DNA from: an uncultured Acidimicrobiia bacterium
GTDB taxonomy: Bacteria > Acidobacteriota > Terriglobia > Versatilivoradales > Versatilivoraceae
Length of the DNA stretch: 64,000 nucleotides
Reading direction: 5' to 3'
NCBI GenBank assembly: GCA_963786955.1
Contig: CAWBAT010000004.1
Location: 576,001 to 640,000, forward strand
In this document: in pieces, positions 29,555 to 39,943 of the stretch
How positions within the stretch are numbered: position 1 is the first letter of the stretch
Layout of the letters: each line of letters begins with the position of its first letter
The notes under the pieces: model-generated
What the model was told of the DNA's origin: nothing
Seen by the model: only the letters and a program-made list of their open reading frames with translations
Database searches by the model: none
Program-made: the position numbers and the translations under genes

Positions 29555-32034
29555 TTACAGCGGACACGACCTCCCCCAAGAAACATCAGGGCCGCACGAT
29601 CTTTCTCAGCGTCGCAGCGCTCGCAGTCCTATTCCTCTGGGAATCATTAACTTGTCGCGAAGATTGGAGCCTGCTGGCAATGTTTGCGGTCGTTCTGGCT
29701 TTTTCCTTTGCCGAATCCAGCGTCATGCTGCCATTTGTTGGCAAACAGCTTCGTTATTATCACCTCATCTATCTCGGCACCTTCTTTTGGATTGGTCCAT
29801 CCAATGCCAATCTAGTCGCAATGGTCGCGTTTAGTTGGTGGCTGTTCCGGACCTATCGAATTTCCAAGATGAAGCTGGTGGAGAAATTGCCTGATGCCCT
29901 TTCAAGCCTGGCTGCCTTGTGGCTGATGGGTAAAGTCTTTATTCTGAATAATTCCTTGAGCGAGATTGCTCGGTATGGTTCCTTACTGCCCATCATTCTG
30001 GTGGTGACGGGTTATTATCTCTGCTATTCCTTGTTTCGGGTTACCGCTGCAAAGATATTCAGAGGGGCCAGTCTTGGCGAGGAATGGAAGAAAGAGTACA
30101 GAGTTCCCAGCCTGGTTTTCTTGTCCGTTTCGGTCGCCGTTGGCTTACTGAATTTCTTTGCCGGAGCCCTGGGAAATCAAATCTACTTACTCTTTGTTCC
30201 TTTCTCCCTGTTTGCCCTTTCTACCTACAAGGTCTATTCTTCCCGTCTCGTTGAAGCCTCGCGCCAACTCAAGGAACATTCCCAGTTACAGATGTCGATT
30301 ATTGAAACCCTGGCGCTGGCCATCGATGCCAAGGATCATTCCACTCACGGACACGCACGAAGAGTCCAGGTTTACGCAGTCGGGATCGCTAAGAGCATGG
30401 GGATCGAGAATAGCGACGATCTGGATGCTCTCAGAGCCGCTGCACTGCTGCACGACATCGGCAAGCTTGCCATACCCGAATATATCCTTTCAAAACCGGG
30501 AAGTTTGACGGATTCCGAATTTGCTAAAATGACGCGTCACGTTGAGATCGGAGCCAACATCCTGGAGCCCATTCACTTCCCTTACCCGGTGGTGCCGATG
30601 ATCCGTTACCATCACGAGCGGGAAAATGGATCGGGGTATCCGTATGGGCTGAAGGGCGACCAGATTCCCATCGGATCCAAAATCCTGGCCGTAGCTGATA
30701 CGTTTGATGCCTTAACCGCCCAGCGAACCTACCGGACACCCCTGACATCCGCGGAAGCCATCGACCTGCTGAAGAACGAATCGGGGATGCACTATGACGC
30801 AAAAGTCGTGGCTGCCTTCCTGCGTGTCTCTAAAGAGCTGATGGAAGAAGTGGCCATGCTTGACATCAGCAAATACGGGAACAACACGCATCTCTCCGAG
30901 ACCTCACCGGACTCCGCCGAGGATCAAAAACTCTTGTTGCGGAAGAAAGGCTTCACGGAAATCGCCTCGACGCATCGCGAGATTTACGCCTTGCACGAGA
31001 TCTTTCAAACCGTAGGGAAGAGCTTGAATTTGGACGACACGCTGCGCATTATCTGTAGCAAGCTGCAGTCGATTGTTCCCTTCACCAGCAGCGTTGTTTA
31101 CTTGAAGAACAAGAAGACCGACATGATCTACCCGGCCATGGTCACGGGAGAATACTCCGAGCAGTTAAGTCAGAACTGGATGGCGTTAGGGGAGGGTCTG
31201 ACGGGTTATTCCATCGCCTTCAACCAGCCTGTCGTCAATAACGACCCAACGAATGATTTCAAGAACCTGGCCTTTATGGAAAAGCCCCATCAACTGACCA
31301 ACGCCATGATTTTTCCGCTCACGGCAAAGAATACGGTCCTGGGAGCGATTGCCCTGTACTCTACCGATCGTGACAACGAACCTTTTACGGAAGATCATTC
31401 CCGGTTAATGGAGACCATCAGCGAGCGGGCTGCCGTCGCCATCCAAAATGCGATTTCGTTCGAATACTTCGAAGAGAATTCGCTGACCGATCCACTCACC
31501 GGGCTACCCAATTCACGCTACATGTTTATGGCATTTGACCAGAACGTTAAGAAAGCCGAACGCGGCAAAGAAAAAATGGCCATTCTCGTCATGGACCTGA
31601 ACCGATTCAAAGAAATTAATGACCAATATGGTCACAAAGTAGGGGACGATGTTCTGGTCAAGGTGAGTGAAGTGCTGCAAAAAGAAATGCGCAAATACGA
31701 CACGTGTATTCGCTACGCGGGTGACGAATTCGTGGCCTTCCTGTATAACGCGGAACGTGAAACTGCTGAGAAGATTGCCAGCCGTATTCGAAAATCGATT
31801 CATTCCTTGCTGCTCAAGGTAAGATCTGGAAAAGAAGTACGACTCGGAATCAGCGTCGGCATCTCAATGTATCCTCACGATGGAACGGACCTCAATCACC
31901 TCTTTACCGTCGCCGATTCGCAGATGTATACCGAGAAATTCGAAGCTAAAGCCGAGTTGGCCAATGCGAATGGCAAAGCGTTAGCAGACTCCATTCAGGT
32001 CGATGACGACATCGAATTTCAAAGAGCCAATTAG
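29548..32034 (+). CDS. Membrane HD-GYP-GAF-GGDEF c-di-GMP metabolising protein
   Basis: N-terminal TM bundle; HDIGK, HHERENGSGYP; GAF; DPLTGLPN, RYAGDEF. Confidence 0.9.
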   Translation: MLITADTTSPKKHQGRTIFLSVAALAVLFLWESLTCREDWSLLAMFAVVLAFSFAESSVMLPFVGKQLRYYHLIYLGTFFWIGPSNANLVAMVAFSWWLFRTYRISKMKLVEKLPDALSSLAALWLMGKVFILNNSLSEIARYGSLLPIILVVTGYYLCYSLFRVTAAKIFRGASLGEEWKKEYRVPSLVFLSVSVAVGLLNFFAGALGNQIYLLFVPFSLFALSTYKVYSSRLVEASRQLKEHSQLQMSIIETLALAIDAKDHSTHGHARRVQVYAVGIAKSMGIENSDDLDALRAAALLHDIGKLAIPEYILSKPGSLTDSEFAKMTRHVEIGANILEPIHFPYPVVPMIRYHHERENGSGYPYGLKGDQIPIGSKILAVADTFDALTAQRTYRTPLTSAEAIDLLKNESGMHYDAKVVAAFLRVSKELMEEVAMLDISKYGNNTHLSETSPDSAEDQKLLLRKKGFTEIASTHREIYALHEIFQTVGKSLNLDDTLRIICSKLQSIVPFTSSVVYLKNKKTDMIYPAMVTGEYSEQLSQNWMALGEGLTGYSIAFNQPVVNNDPTNDFKNLAFMEKPHQLTNAMIFPLTAKNTVLGAIALYSTDRDNEPFTEDHSRLMETISERAAVAIQNAISFEYFEENSLTDPLTGLPNSRYMFMAFDQNVKKAERGKEKMAILVMDLNRFKEINDQYGHKVGDDVLVKVSEVLQKEMRKYDTCIRYAGDEFVAFLYNAERETAEKIASRIRKSIHSLLLKVRSGKEVRLGISVGISMYPHDGTDLNHLFTVADSQMYTEKFEAKAELANANGKALADSIQVDDDIEFQRAN

Positions 32035-32619
32035 CAGGAACCCGTTTCGGTAGGCGGTTTGAGGGTTGGCAAAGATCTGAAAAGAGCTCACGTCATCATG
32101 CAACAGTGGCTCGGTGGCTCCCCTAACCACTAAGATAATCTTGGCTCACCGCGTCCAAGGATTTAAGAAGATACTCCATTTGCTGTAGTCCTTGACTGCC
32201 CAAAAGGCTGGAAAGTTGCGCAAAACTGGACACAAAATCACAAGGAATAATGGATTCGCTCAGGATCAAGTGAACAGTAGCCATATCCGACACCATGCGT
32301 TTGCCCCCCGATTCATAGGAAATCGAAAGGGGAAAAGGTCCCAGGCGGAAGATTCAATTACAACCGACTAGATAGCGACCTGTTATCCTTTAGTCTGGAG
32401 CGTTGCTCGATTCCTTGTCCATACACATTCAGCCGGCACACCAACTATAGCCAAACAGGCTCCACGCGATTACTCAGGTTGTCTTTCTACTCGTTCAGTA
32501 ACTTTTTAAGACACCGGGAGGATCTCCTTAAGTCTTGTGGTATGGTGTCAATCTGTTGTTCATCCCACTTTTCGCAAATCCTGCTTCATCTTTCGCCTCG
32601 GTTTCGGTACCATGCGGGG

Positions 32620-33225
32620 ATGATTGAGGTCGTCTATCTGGATTTGGGAAAGGTCCTGATTGATTTTGATTATGACGTAGCCGCTCAGCGGCTCCTCAAA
32701 ATTAGTCCCCACCCCCTTTCTGAAATAAGCAATGTCTTGTCTGAACCTCAACTGTTATTTGAGTTTGAGACAGGAAGATTGTCGGCCATTGAATATTACA
32801 AGATAATTTGTGATGCGCTGGAAATGCAAATTTCACTGGATGAATTCCGGAGTTTGTGGGGCTCGATGTTTCTGCCGGAGCCTCTGGTCTCCGAGGAATT
32901 CTTACAGAATCTCAAGCGAAAGAATCGCCTGATCTTGCTTTCCAATACCAACGAAATTCATTTCGATTATCTTGTGGAAAGATTTCCAATCCTGAACCAG
33001 ATTGAAGAACGGTTGCTCTCTTATAGGGTAGGATATATGAAGCCAGACCCGCAGATTTTTCAGCTGGCGATCGAGAAAGCGGGTGGAGTTCCGGAAAATA
33101 TCTTTTTCGCCGACGATCGCCATGAAAATGTTGAAGGGGCCCGTGCAGCCGGGATCCAGGCCATTCAATTCAAGTCAGAAATGCAACTTCGACAGGAACT
33201 GAACGATCGAGGGGTTGAATGCTGA
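32620..33225 (+). CDS. HAD-family phosphatase (YihX-like)
   Basis: DLGKV, LLSNTN, KPDPQIF, FADDRHENV; ATG 32620 gives the canonical N-terminus. Confidence 0.88.
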   Translation: MIEVVYLDLGKVLIDFDYDVAAQRLLKISPHPLSEISNVLSEPQLLFEFETGRLSAIEYYKIICDALEMQISLDEFRSLWGSMFLPEPLVSEEFLQNLKRKNRLILLSNTNEIHFDYLVERFPILNQIEERLLSYRVGYMKPDPQIFQLAIEKAGGVPENIFFADDRHENVEGARAAGIQAIQFKSEMQLRQELNDRGVEC

Positions 33226-33353
33226 GCCAGTGTTTTGATTTCCAAAGAACATGGCTCGAATTCAATCGCATGGAACACGATCATCATCTTGTAAAAGACA
33301 AAATTTGAAAGCCGATAGGAGCCTCCCCGGCAGGTTGGAGCTGGGCAGATTCG

Positions 33354-34100
33354 ATGCGATTCCTGATCATCAGTGATATTCACGCAAACCTGGAGGCGTT
33401 GGAAACGGTACTCAACGCCGCCGACGGGAAATACGACCGGGTAGTTTGCTGCGGGGACATTGTGGGGTACGGCCCCGACCCGAATGCGGTAACAGATATT
33501 TTTCGCAGGATTAATCCCGCAATTATCCGGGGAAATCATGAGAAAGCGGCTCTTGGTCTCGTGGACTTAAACATGTTCAATCCGATGGCCAAGAAAGCCG
33601 CTGTTTGGACCCAGCAGCAACTTACCGAAGAGAGTCAAGCCTACATTGGAACCATCGTTCCCGGCCCTCTTGATTTGGACGGATTCACGTTGGCTCATGG
33701 CTCCTTGTTAGACGAAGACCAATATCTCGTTGATCTAGAGGATGCCTATAGCAGTTTTCCCCTCGCTCATTTTCCAGTCACCTTCATTGGTCATACGCAT
33801 GTTCAGGGGGGGTTTGTCCAATTTCAAGACGGGCGGCAAGGGGTTCTAAATCCGGAAATCAGAGGGGGATCGACCGAGAGTCAACTCCGGATCGATTCAC
33901 GCCATGTCTATATGATTAATCCAGGGGCTGTCGGTCAACCACGGGACCACGATCCAAGAGCCGCTTTTGCGATATATGAGCAGGAAGAACAATTGGTCCG
34001 CTACTTCCGCACTCAATACCCTTTGGAAAAAACCCAAGAAAAAATGAAAACCGCCCATCTTCCGCACTATTTGATTGACCGGCTGAAAATGGGAAGGTAA
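33354..34100 (+). CDS. Calcineurin-like metallophosphoesterase
   Basis: SDIHAN, GDIVGYGP, RGNHE, AHGS, GHTH, NPGAVGQPRD. Confidence 0.9.
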   Translation: MRFLIISDIHANLEALETVLNAADGKYDRVVCCGDIVGYGPDPNAVTDIFRRINPAIIRGNHEKAALGLVDLNMFNPMAKKAAVWTQQQLTEESQAYIGTIVPGPLDLDGFTLAHGSLLDEDQYLVDLEDAYSSFPLAHFPVTFIGHTHVQGGFVQFQDGRQGVLNPEIRGGSTESQLRIDSRHVYMINPGAVGQPRDHDPRAAFAIYEQEEQLVRYFRTQYPLEKTQEKMKTAHLPHYLIDRLKMGR

Positions 34101-34134
34101 TGCAGCTCGAAGTGCTTCCGCAGGGGGGAGTTTT

Positions 34135-34596
34135 TCACTTCAGGACAATTGTGTATACCTCTACGTCAGGAATAATGTGATTCCAGTCTTTTGGCAGGTG
34201 TTCAAAGGCGACTTGAAAATTGTTCGACTGTTGGGGCTCTAATCCTCCTCCTCCCTTGTATTCCACAGCCTTGCGGGATTCTTTCAAAACAACCTGATTC
34301 AAACTGTCTTTGAAAAAAAAGGTTAACTCGATTCGCTGTACCACTCGATTTCCCAGGTTCTTGACCTTACCTTCAACGTAATAGACATGATCCCCGAGAT
34401 AGCTCTCCCCTTTTGCCAAACCGATATGGGTCAGTTCAATTTTTGGCTTGTAGCTCTCCGCTTCGGCCGTAGTTGCCTGCGAAGACGAATTGTGAAGCTT
34501 CTGCCCACAGCCGGTCGGGGCCACCATCATGAGGAACGCAAACATAAGAATGAGAAACCGGAGCGACGAGAAGAGAGGGGTTTGATTTTCGGGCAT
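34135..34596 (-). CDS. Putative lipoprotein with FxLYD-like domain
   Basis: Lipobox-like PTGC; YVEGKVKNLGNR...FFFKD...LEPQQSNNFQVAFE. Confidence 0.7.
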   Translation of the reverse strand: MPENQTPLFSSLRFLILMFAFLMMVAPTGCGQKLHNSSSQATTAEAESYKPKIELTHIGLAKGESYLGDHVYYVEGKVKNLGNRVVQRIELTFFFKDSLNQVVLKESRKAVEYKGGGGLEPQQSNNFQVAFEHLPKDWNHIIPDVEVYTIVLK

Positions 34597-34813
34597 GGAC
34601 TCCTCTAAGCTGACAGCCCAAAACTTGGAGCTACCAGTCTTATTGCGTGAACCATTCTGTTGAGACTAAAGTACAATAGCAGCAATCTTCTGTCAACGCA
34701 GGGAATCCGGCCGTAGAGTTGGAGGAAAGGCCCTTTACGCATAGAAAACTAAATATACATGACATGAATATGGAGACATTTCCTGTTTCGATATAGGCTA
34801 TAATCCCAGAACA

Positions 34814-36310
34814 ATGGTCAGCATCAATTCATCCCAGACTCCTTCTCAACTAAAGGAGATCCGCCACGCATTGCAATCAACCCTCGGGAAGGAACGTGTT
34901 CTCTATTCCCCTGAGGAACTGATTGTTTATGAATGCGATGGGCTGACTTTGCATCCGCAACTTCCTGAATTTGTGGTGTTTCCCTCTAGTCCGGAAGAAA
35001 TCATCGCTATTGTCAAGATCGCAAAGGAGTACCAAATTCCCTTCCTCCCCCGAGGGGCGGGTACCTGTCTTAGTGGAGGCGCCGTAGCGGTCGAGGGCGG
35101 CATTATTCTGGAACTTTCACGAATGAACCGGATTCTGACCTTGGACTATGAGAATCGACTGGCGATCGTCCAGCCGGGAGTCGTTAACTTGCACGTGACC
35201 CAGGCTGCAAGTGAAAAAAATTTCTACTATGCCCCGGACCCTTCTAGTCAAATGGTCTCCACAATCGGTGGCAACGTAGCGGAGAATTCCGGCGGGCCTC
35301 ACACTCTCAAATACGGTGTCACCACCAACCATGTGCTTGCCCTGGAAGTGGTTTTGCCTAGCGGAGAGATGTATGAATTAGGAACTTCGGCAGGTGATCC
35401 TGCCGGCTATGATTTGGTGGGTGTCTTTGTGGGTTCAGAAGGGACTTTCGGGATTGCCACAAAGGTGACAGTCCGCCTGCTCTATACTCCTCCCGCGGTA
35501 AAGACGTTGCTAGCGGTATTCGATTCGGTACTCCATGCGACCCAGTGCGTCTCAGGCATCATTTCTCGGGGCATCATCCCGGCAGCTCTTGAGTTGATCG
35601 ATCGCAAAACCATCGAAGCCATTGAAAGCGGCCCGTATGCAACAGGAATCCCGAGGGATGCCGATGCCGTGCTCTTGATTGAGCTGGATGGAGTTGAGGA
35701 GGGCATTGATCAACAAGTCGAGCGCGTTGTCGAAGTAATACAACGGACAGGGGCACGGGAAGTTCGAGTTGCGAAAGACGAGGCAGAACGAAAAAAACTC
35801 TGGGCCGCACGAAAGAATGCGTTTGGCGCTTATGGAAGAATTAGTCCAAACTATTACACTATGGACGGGGTGATCCCGCGTAGCAAGCTTCCCGAGATTC
35901 TTCAGAAAATCGATGCCCTCGGGAAGAAGTATGGATTAGGCATGGCTAACGTTTTCCATGCTGGCGACGGCAATCTACACCCCATCATCCTCTACGACAA
36001 CGATGAGCCAGGGGCCAAAGATAAAGTGCTGGGACTGGCCGGGGAAATCCTGCAGCTGTGTGTCAATGTCGGAGGGGCCCTGAGTGGAGAGCATGGGATT
36101 GGGCTGGAGAAAATGCAATTCATGAATTTGTTTTTCTCCCAAGACGAGTTGGATGTGATGCAGCGATTAAGAGACGTCTTCAACCCCAACAACCTGGCGA
36201 ACCCAGGAAAGATTTTTCCGGTTCGGCGGGGCTGCGGGGAAATGTCATGGAATCCGTCTGCCGCAGAGAATCCAAAGTATTCGGCGGTCGAGGGGATGAT
36301 CCGGTTCTGA
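34814..36310 (+). CDS. glcD: Glycolate oxidase subunit GlcD (FAD-linked)
   Basis: PRGAGTCLSGG, YAPDPSSQ, GGPHTLKYG, HAGDGNLHP, GEHGIG, NPGKIFP. Confidence 0.92.
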   Translation: MVSINSSQTPSQLKEIRHALQSTLGKERVLYSPEELIVYECDGLTLHPQLPEFVVFPSSPEEIIAIVKIAKEYQIPFLPRGAGTCLSGGAVAVEGGIILELSRMNRILTLDYENRLAIVQPGVVNLHVTQAASEKNFYYAPDPSSQMVSTIGGNVAENSGGPHTLKYGVTTNHVLALEVVLPSGEMYELGTSAGDPAGYDLVGVFVGSEGTFGIATKVTVRLLYTPPAVKTLLAVFDSVLHATQCVSGIISRGIIPAALELIDRKTIEAIESGPYATGIPRDADAVLLIELDGVEEGIDQQVERVVEVIQRTGAREVRVAKDEAERKKLWAARKNAFGAYGRISPNYYTMDGVIPRSKLPEILQKIDALGKKYGLGMANVFHAGDGNLHPIILYDNDEPGAKDKVLGLAGEILQLCVNVGGALSGEHGIGLEKMQFMNLFFSQDELDVMQRLRDVFNPNNLANPGKIFPVRRGCGEMSWNPSAAENPKYSAVEGMIRF

Positions 36311-36330
36311 ACCCTGAAGAAGGCAACTCC

Positions 36331-37677
36331 ATGACGGACGGAGCTCCACTTGAAAATTCCACACATCCTCGAGTTACCTTGGAGGGATCCGGCATGCCAG
36401 CACGGTTTGCGGTGGAGGGCGTGCTCCCGCAACGCTCTTTCGCGCCCAGCACCAAAGAGGAAATTGGGGAAATCTTGCGAGAGGCCAATTCCCGAGAATG
36501 GAGCATTGTCCCATTCGGGGCCGGAATACACCAGCATATCGGAAATCTCATTCCACGTTACCATGCGGCCCTGTCACTCGAGAAACTCAATCAGATTCCT
36601 GAATATGAGCCCCAGGACTTGGTAGTGAAAGTGGAGTCCGGATGCCGTCTTGCGGATCTGCAAGATCGTCTGGCTCGCGATCGTCTCTATCTTCCCATTG
36701 ACCCTGATGGGTTCGAGCAGGCAACGGTGGGAGGTATTGTCGCAACCAACACTTCCGGTCCACTCCGGTTTGCACAAGGAACTATTCGGGATTATCTGAT
36801 TGGGATCAGCCTGGTTCAGCCCGATGGAAAATGGACAAAGTTTGGGTCCCGTGTCGTCAAGAATGTCACGGGCTACGATATGTGCAAACTCTATATAGGC
36901 TCGTTTGGAACTCTAGGAGTACTGGTCGATTTCTTTTTCAAGCTGAAGCCCATCCCTCCTTTTTCCAAGACGGTCGCTTTCGTGCTGAAAGGACTGGACG
37001 AAGCGCGAGTCGGACTGGAGAGATTGATTCATTCGCCGCTCACCCCAGTTGCGCTCGAGTTGGTGAATCCAGAAGGGACAAGGCTCTTCAATGAGCAACG
37101 GCCCTGGGTCGAGGACTCTGATCATTATCTGTTCCTGGTGCGTTTCATGGACCTGGAAAAGGCGGTGGATTGGCAAGTTGAACAATTGCAAGAAATGTGG
37201 AAAGAGCTATTTATACAAGGGGTAAGCTTGAGTTCCCCATCGGAACAGGAGCAAATCTGGAGACTTTTGCGGGAGGACGCGCCCTGGCTGAAATCCAGTG
37301 GTGCGCCCAAGGTGAAATTAAAGATCAACTGTGGTTCCTCCCGAATGGTAGACTGCATTCGAAGGCTGGAATCCTACGGCAAGGAAAGGTCCTCTGCAGT
37401 CCTCATCAAAGCCCATGCGGGAAGCGGGATTATTCGAGCCTATTACGACTACGACCCTTCGCCTGCTGCCATTCAGCAGTTGGCCGATCATATTCGGGCC
37501 TTCAGGATTCACTTGAGGCCAGCGCGTGGAACAGTCATCTTGGAATCCGCACCAGCCAACCTAAAGAAGTCTATCGATGTTTGGGGATATGAATACAAGG
37601 ATAAATCTTTGATGCAATCAATTCGAAATCAATTCGATCCTCACAAGATCTTAAATCCAGGAAGGTACATCGTCTAA
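36331..37677 (+). CDS. glcE: Glycolate oxidase FAD-binding subunit GlcE
   Basis: YEPQDL, ATVGG, VVKNVTGYDMCKL, FDPHKILNPGR; ATG 36331 avoids the overlap with glcD. Confidence 0.85.
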   Translation: MTDGAPLENSTHPRVTLEGSGMPARFAVEGVLPQRSFAPSTKEEIGEILREANSREWSIVPFGAGIHQHIGNLIPRYHAALSLEKLNQIPEYEPQDLVVKVESGCRLADLQDRLARDRLYLPIDPDGFEQATVGGIVATNTSGPLRFAQGTIRDYLIGISLVQPDGKWTKFGSRVVKNVTGYDMCKLYIGSFGTLGVLVDFFFKLKPIPPFSKTVAFVLKGLDEARVGLERLIHSPLTPVALELVNPEGTRLFNEQRPWVEDSDHYLFLVRFMDLEKAVDWQVEQLQEMWKELFIQGVSLSSPSEQEQIWRLLREDAPWLKSSGAPKVKLKINCGSSRMVDCIRRLESYGKERSSAVLIKAHAGSGIIRAYYDYDPSPAAIQQLADHIRAFRIHLRPARGTVILESAPANLKKSIDVWGYEYKDKSLMQSIRNQFDPHKILNPGRYIV

Positions 37678-37680
37678 GTT

Positions 37681-38985
37681 ATGCTTGCCACCTGTGAGTC
37701 CACGCAAGAAAGGATCAGCCGGACCGATTTGACTCCGGAATGCGTTCATTGTGGCCTTTGCCTGCAAGCATGTCCCACTTACGTGGCACTCGGACAAGAG
37801 GCGGATTCACCGCGGGGTCGCATCTATTTGATGCGGGCTCAGGAGAGCGGAGCGTTGGGTGTATCGGAAAGTTTTGTGAATCACATCTCGGCTTGCCTCG
37901 ACTGTCGGGCCTGTGAATCCGCTTGTCCTTCGGGAGTTCCGTACGGTGAGATGGTTGAGAAGGCTCGCGAGGTGATTGAGCAGAGCTTTCGCCGTCCTTT
38001 GATCATTACTGCTCTGAGAAGAATATTTTTCAAACTCATCCTTCCTTCCCGGCGCTGGCTACGCTGCAGCTTTAACCTCTTGCGTCTTTATCAGTGGCTA
38101 GGAATCCAAAGAGTTGTCAGGGCATCGGGGATTCTGAAGCTCCTCCCGGGGCAACTCAATCAATTGGAACAACTAATGCCTGATTTGCGTCAAAAGACGC
38201 AACATGTTTCTTTGGGTCAGGTTTTCCCTTCGCTAGGAGCGACGCATCATCGGGTAGGCCTACTCACCGGTTGCGTGATGAATGAGATCTTTGGGGGAAT
38301 TAATCAGGCCACGATTCGAGTATTGCAAAGAAATGGGTGTGAGGTTGTTGTGCCACAGAACCAAACTTGTTGTGGGGCCCTCCATTGTCATGCGGGAATC
38401 ACGGATACGGCACGAGAGTTGGCCCTCAGAAACATTCGGGCCTTCGAGGAACAGCAGATTGACGTTCTTCTCTCAAATGCTTCGGGCTGTGGCGCCAAGC
38501 TTAAAGAGTACCCCGCCCTGTTTTCAAATGATTCCGAGCTCAGGAAACGGGCTGAAAGATTTACCGCCAAAGTGGAAGACATATCGTCCTTTTTGGATAG
38601 ACTTCCGAAGCTTGTTAAACTTGGGAAGATCAAAGCACGCGTGGCTTATGACGATCCCTGTCATCTCCTCCATGCCATGAAAGTCAGCAAGCCCCCCCGG
38701 AACTTGCTAAGACTCATTCCGGAGCTGGAACTAGTCGAATTACGGACACCGGATCAGTGCTGTGGAAGTGCAGGGATTTATAATCTCACCCATTACGAGC
38801 TTTCAATGAAGATCCTCGAACGCAAGATTGACGATATCCACAGGGCTCAGGTGCAGATCGTCGCGACAGGGAACCCCGGTTGTATCCTGCAAATCGCCTA
38901 TGGTCTGGGGCGAGCTGGTCTAAAGGGCATCGAAGTGTTGCACCCCATTGAGTTGCTTGACCGCGCTTATTCCGGTTTAGACTGA
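37681..38985 (+). CDS. glcF: Glycolate oxidase Fe-S subunit GlcF
   Basis: CVHCGLCLQACPT, CLDCRACESACP, two CCG domains. Confidence 0.9.
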   Translation: MLATCESTQERISRTDLTPECVHCGLCLQACPTYVALGQEADSPRGRIYLMRAQESGALGVSESFVNHISACLDCRACESACPSGVPYGEMVEKAREVIEQSFRRPLIITALRRIFFKLILPSRRWLRCSFNLLRLYQWLGIQRVVRASGILKLLPGQLNQLEQLMPDLRQKTQHVSLGQVFPSLGATHHRVGLLTGCVMNEIFGGINQATIRVLQRNGCEVVVPQNQTCCGALHCHAGITDTARELALRNIRAFEEQQIDVLLSNASGCGAKLKEYPALFSNDSELRKRAERFTAKVEDISSFLDRLPKLVKLGKIKARVAYDDPCHLLHAMKVSKPPRNLLRLIPELELVELRTPDQCCGSAGIYNLTHYELSMKILERKIDDIHRAQVQIVATGNPGCILQIAYGLGRAGLKGIEVLHPIELLDRAYSGLD

Positions 38986-39223
38986 GGAGGTTTATCGAGG
39001 TGGATTCCATTAATTCTCTGCATTTTCTAGGCCGGTTTGCCGATAACCCTTTTGTATCAACACGATCGCATCATAATCAGTTCCTTATTCACAAAAATTC
39101 CCAGGAAGAGATTTACTTCACGAATTGCCTTTTTGCTTATGCTAAAGTATCAATACAGCTTGAGATTTGTATTCATCGTCGTTCATCGGCCTAGTTGCCA
39201 GCTGCCAGTGTTGAGGAGGAGTC

Positions 39224-39772
39224 ATGTGGAAAAGTAGGAAACCGGAGGAGGAGAAAGAGAAGGAACCTATTGCTGCGAAAAAGGAGGAAATTCCCATGTC
39301 AACATTCGAGGAGAAAAAACCTATGGAACCACGTTTCGAACCCAGACCTAACCCCACTCGAGAGGACATCGTCAATATCGGGAAATCGGTATTTATTAAG
39401 GGGGAATTAACCGGAGACGAAGACTTAACGATTGAAGGTCGCGTCGAAGGGAAGATTGAGTTGAAAGATCACAATCTGGTCATTGGCCCCAACGGGAAAA
39501 TTAACGCGGAGATCAACGCCAAGGCTGTGACGGTCATTGGGAGTGTAGTTGGAAACATATCCGCCGGAGAAATGATCGAAATTCGAACCACCGGATCCGT
39601 GACAGGCGACATCAAAGCTCCCCGCGTCTCTATAGCGGATGGCGCTCACTTGAAAGGAAGTGTTGACATGCAGAAAGGTCCGGAGGTAGCAAAGAAGACC
39701 GACTTTCAGAAGGCCGAGATTGCCAAAGTCAGCGTCGAATCCTCCATTGTACCCAAACCGCAGTTTAAATGA
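39224..39772 (+). CDS. Bactofilin (polymer-forming cytoskeletal protein)
   Basis: IGKSVFIKGELTGDEDLTIEGRVEG...IADGAHLKGSVDM beta-helix; GAGGAGG RBS. Confidence 0.92.
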   Translation: MWKSRKPEEEKEKEPIAAKKEEIPMSTFEEKKPMEPRFEPRPNPTREDIVNIGKSVFIKGELTGDEDLTIEGRVEGKIELKDHNLVIGPNGKINAEINAKAVTVIGSVVGNISAGEMIEIRTTGSVTGDIKAPRVSIADGAHLKGSVDMQKGPEVAKKTDFQKAEIAKVSVESSIVPKPQFK

Positions 39773-39943
39773 GATACTGTACCCGCTAGATCTGGCAACC
39801 ACCGGAAAGAGATGTCCACCCGAAATTGGAACTTGACTCACGGTGGTTGTGGCTGTGGTGTTCTTACGCGTATACGGGGAAGTCGCAAAAGCTTGAGGTC
39901 CCATTCTACAGCTATTCCTTCAGACTTCCCCTAACCCTTCAAA

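Noticed and set aside
36058-36330. N-terminal extension of GlcE in the ORF track
   Set aside because: It overlaps the glcD 3' end; ATG 36331 is a more plausible start.
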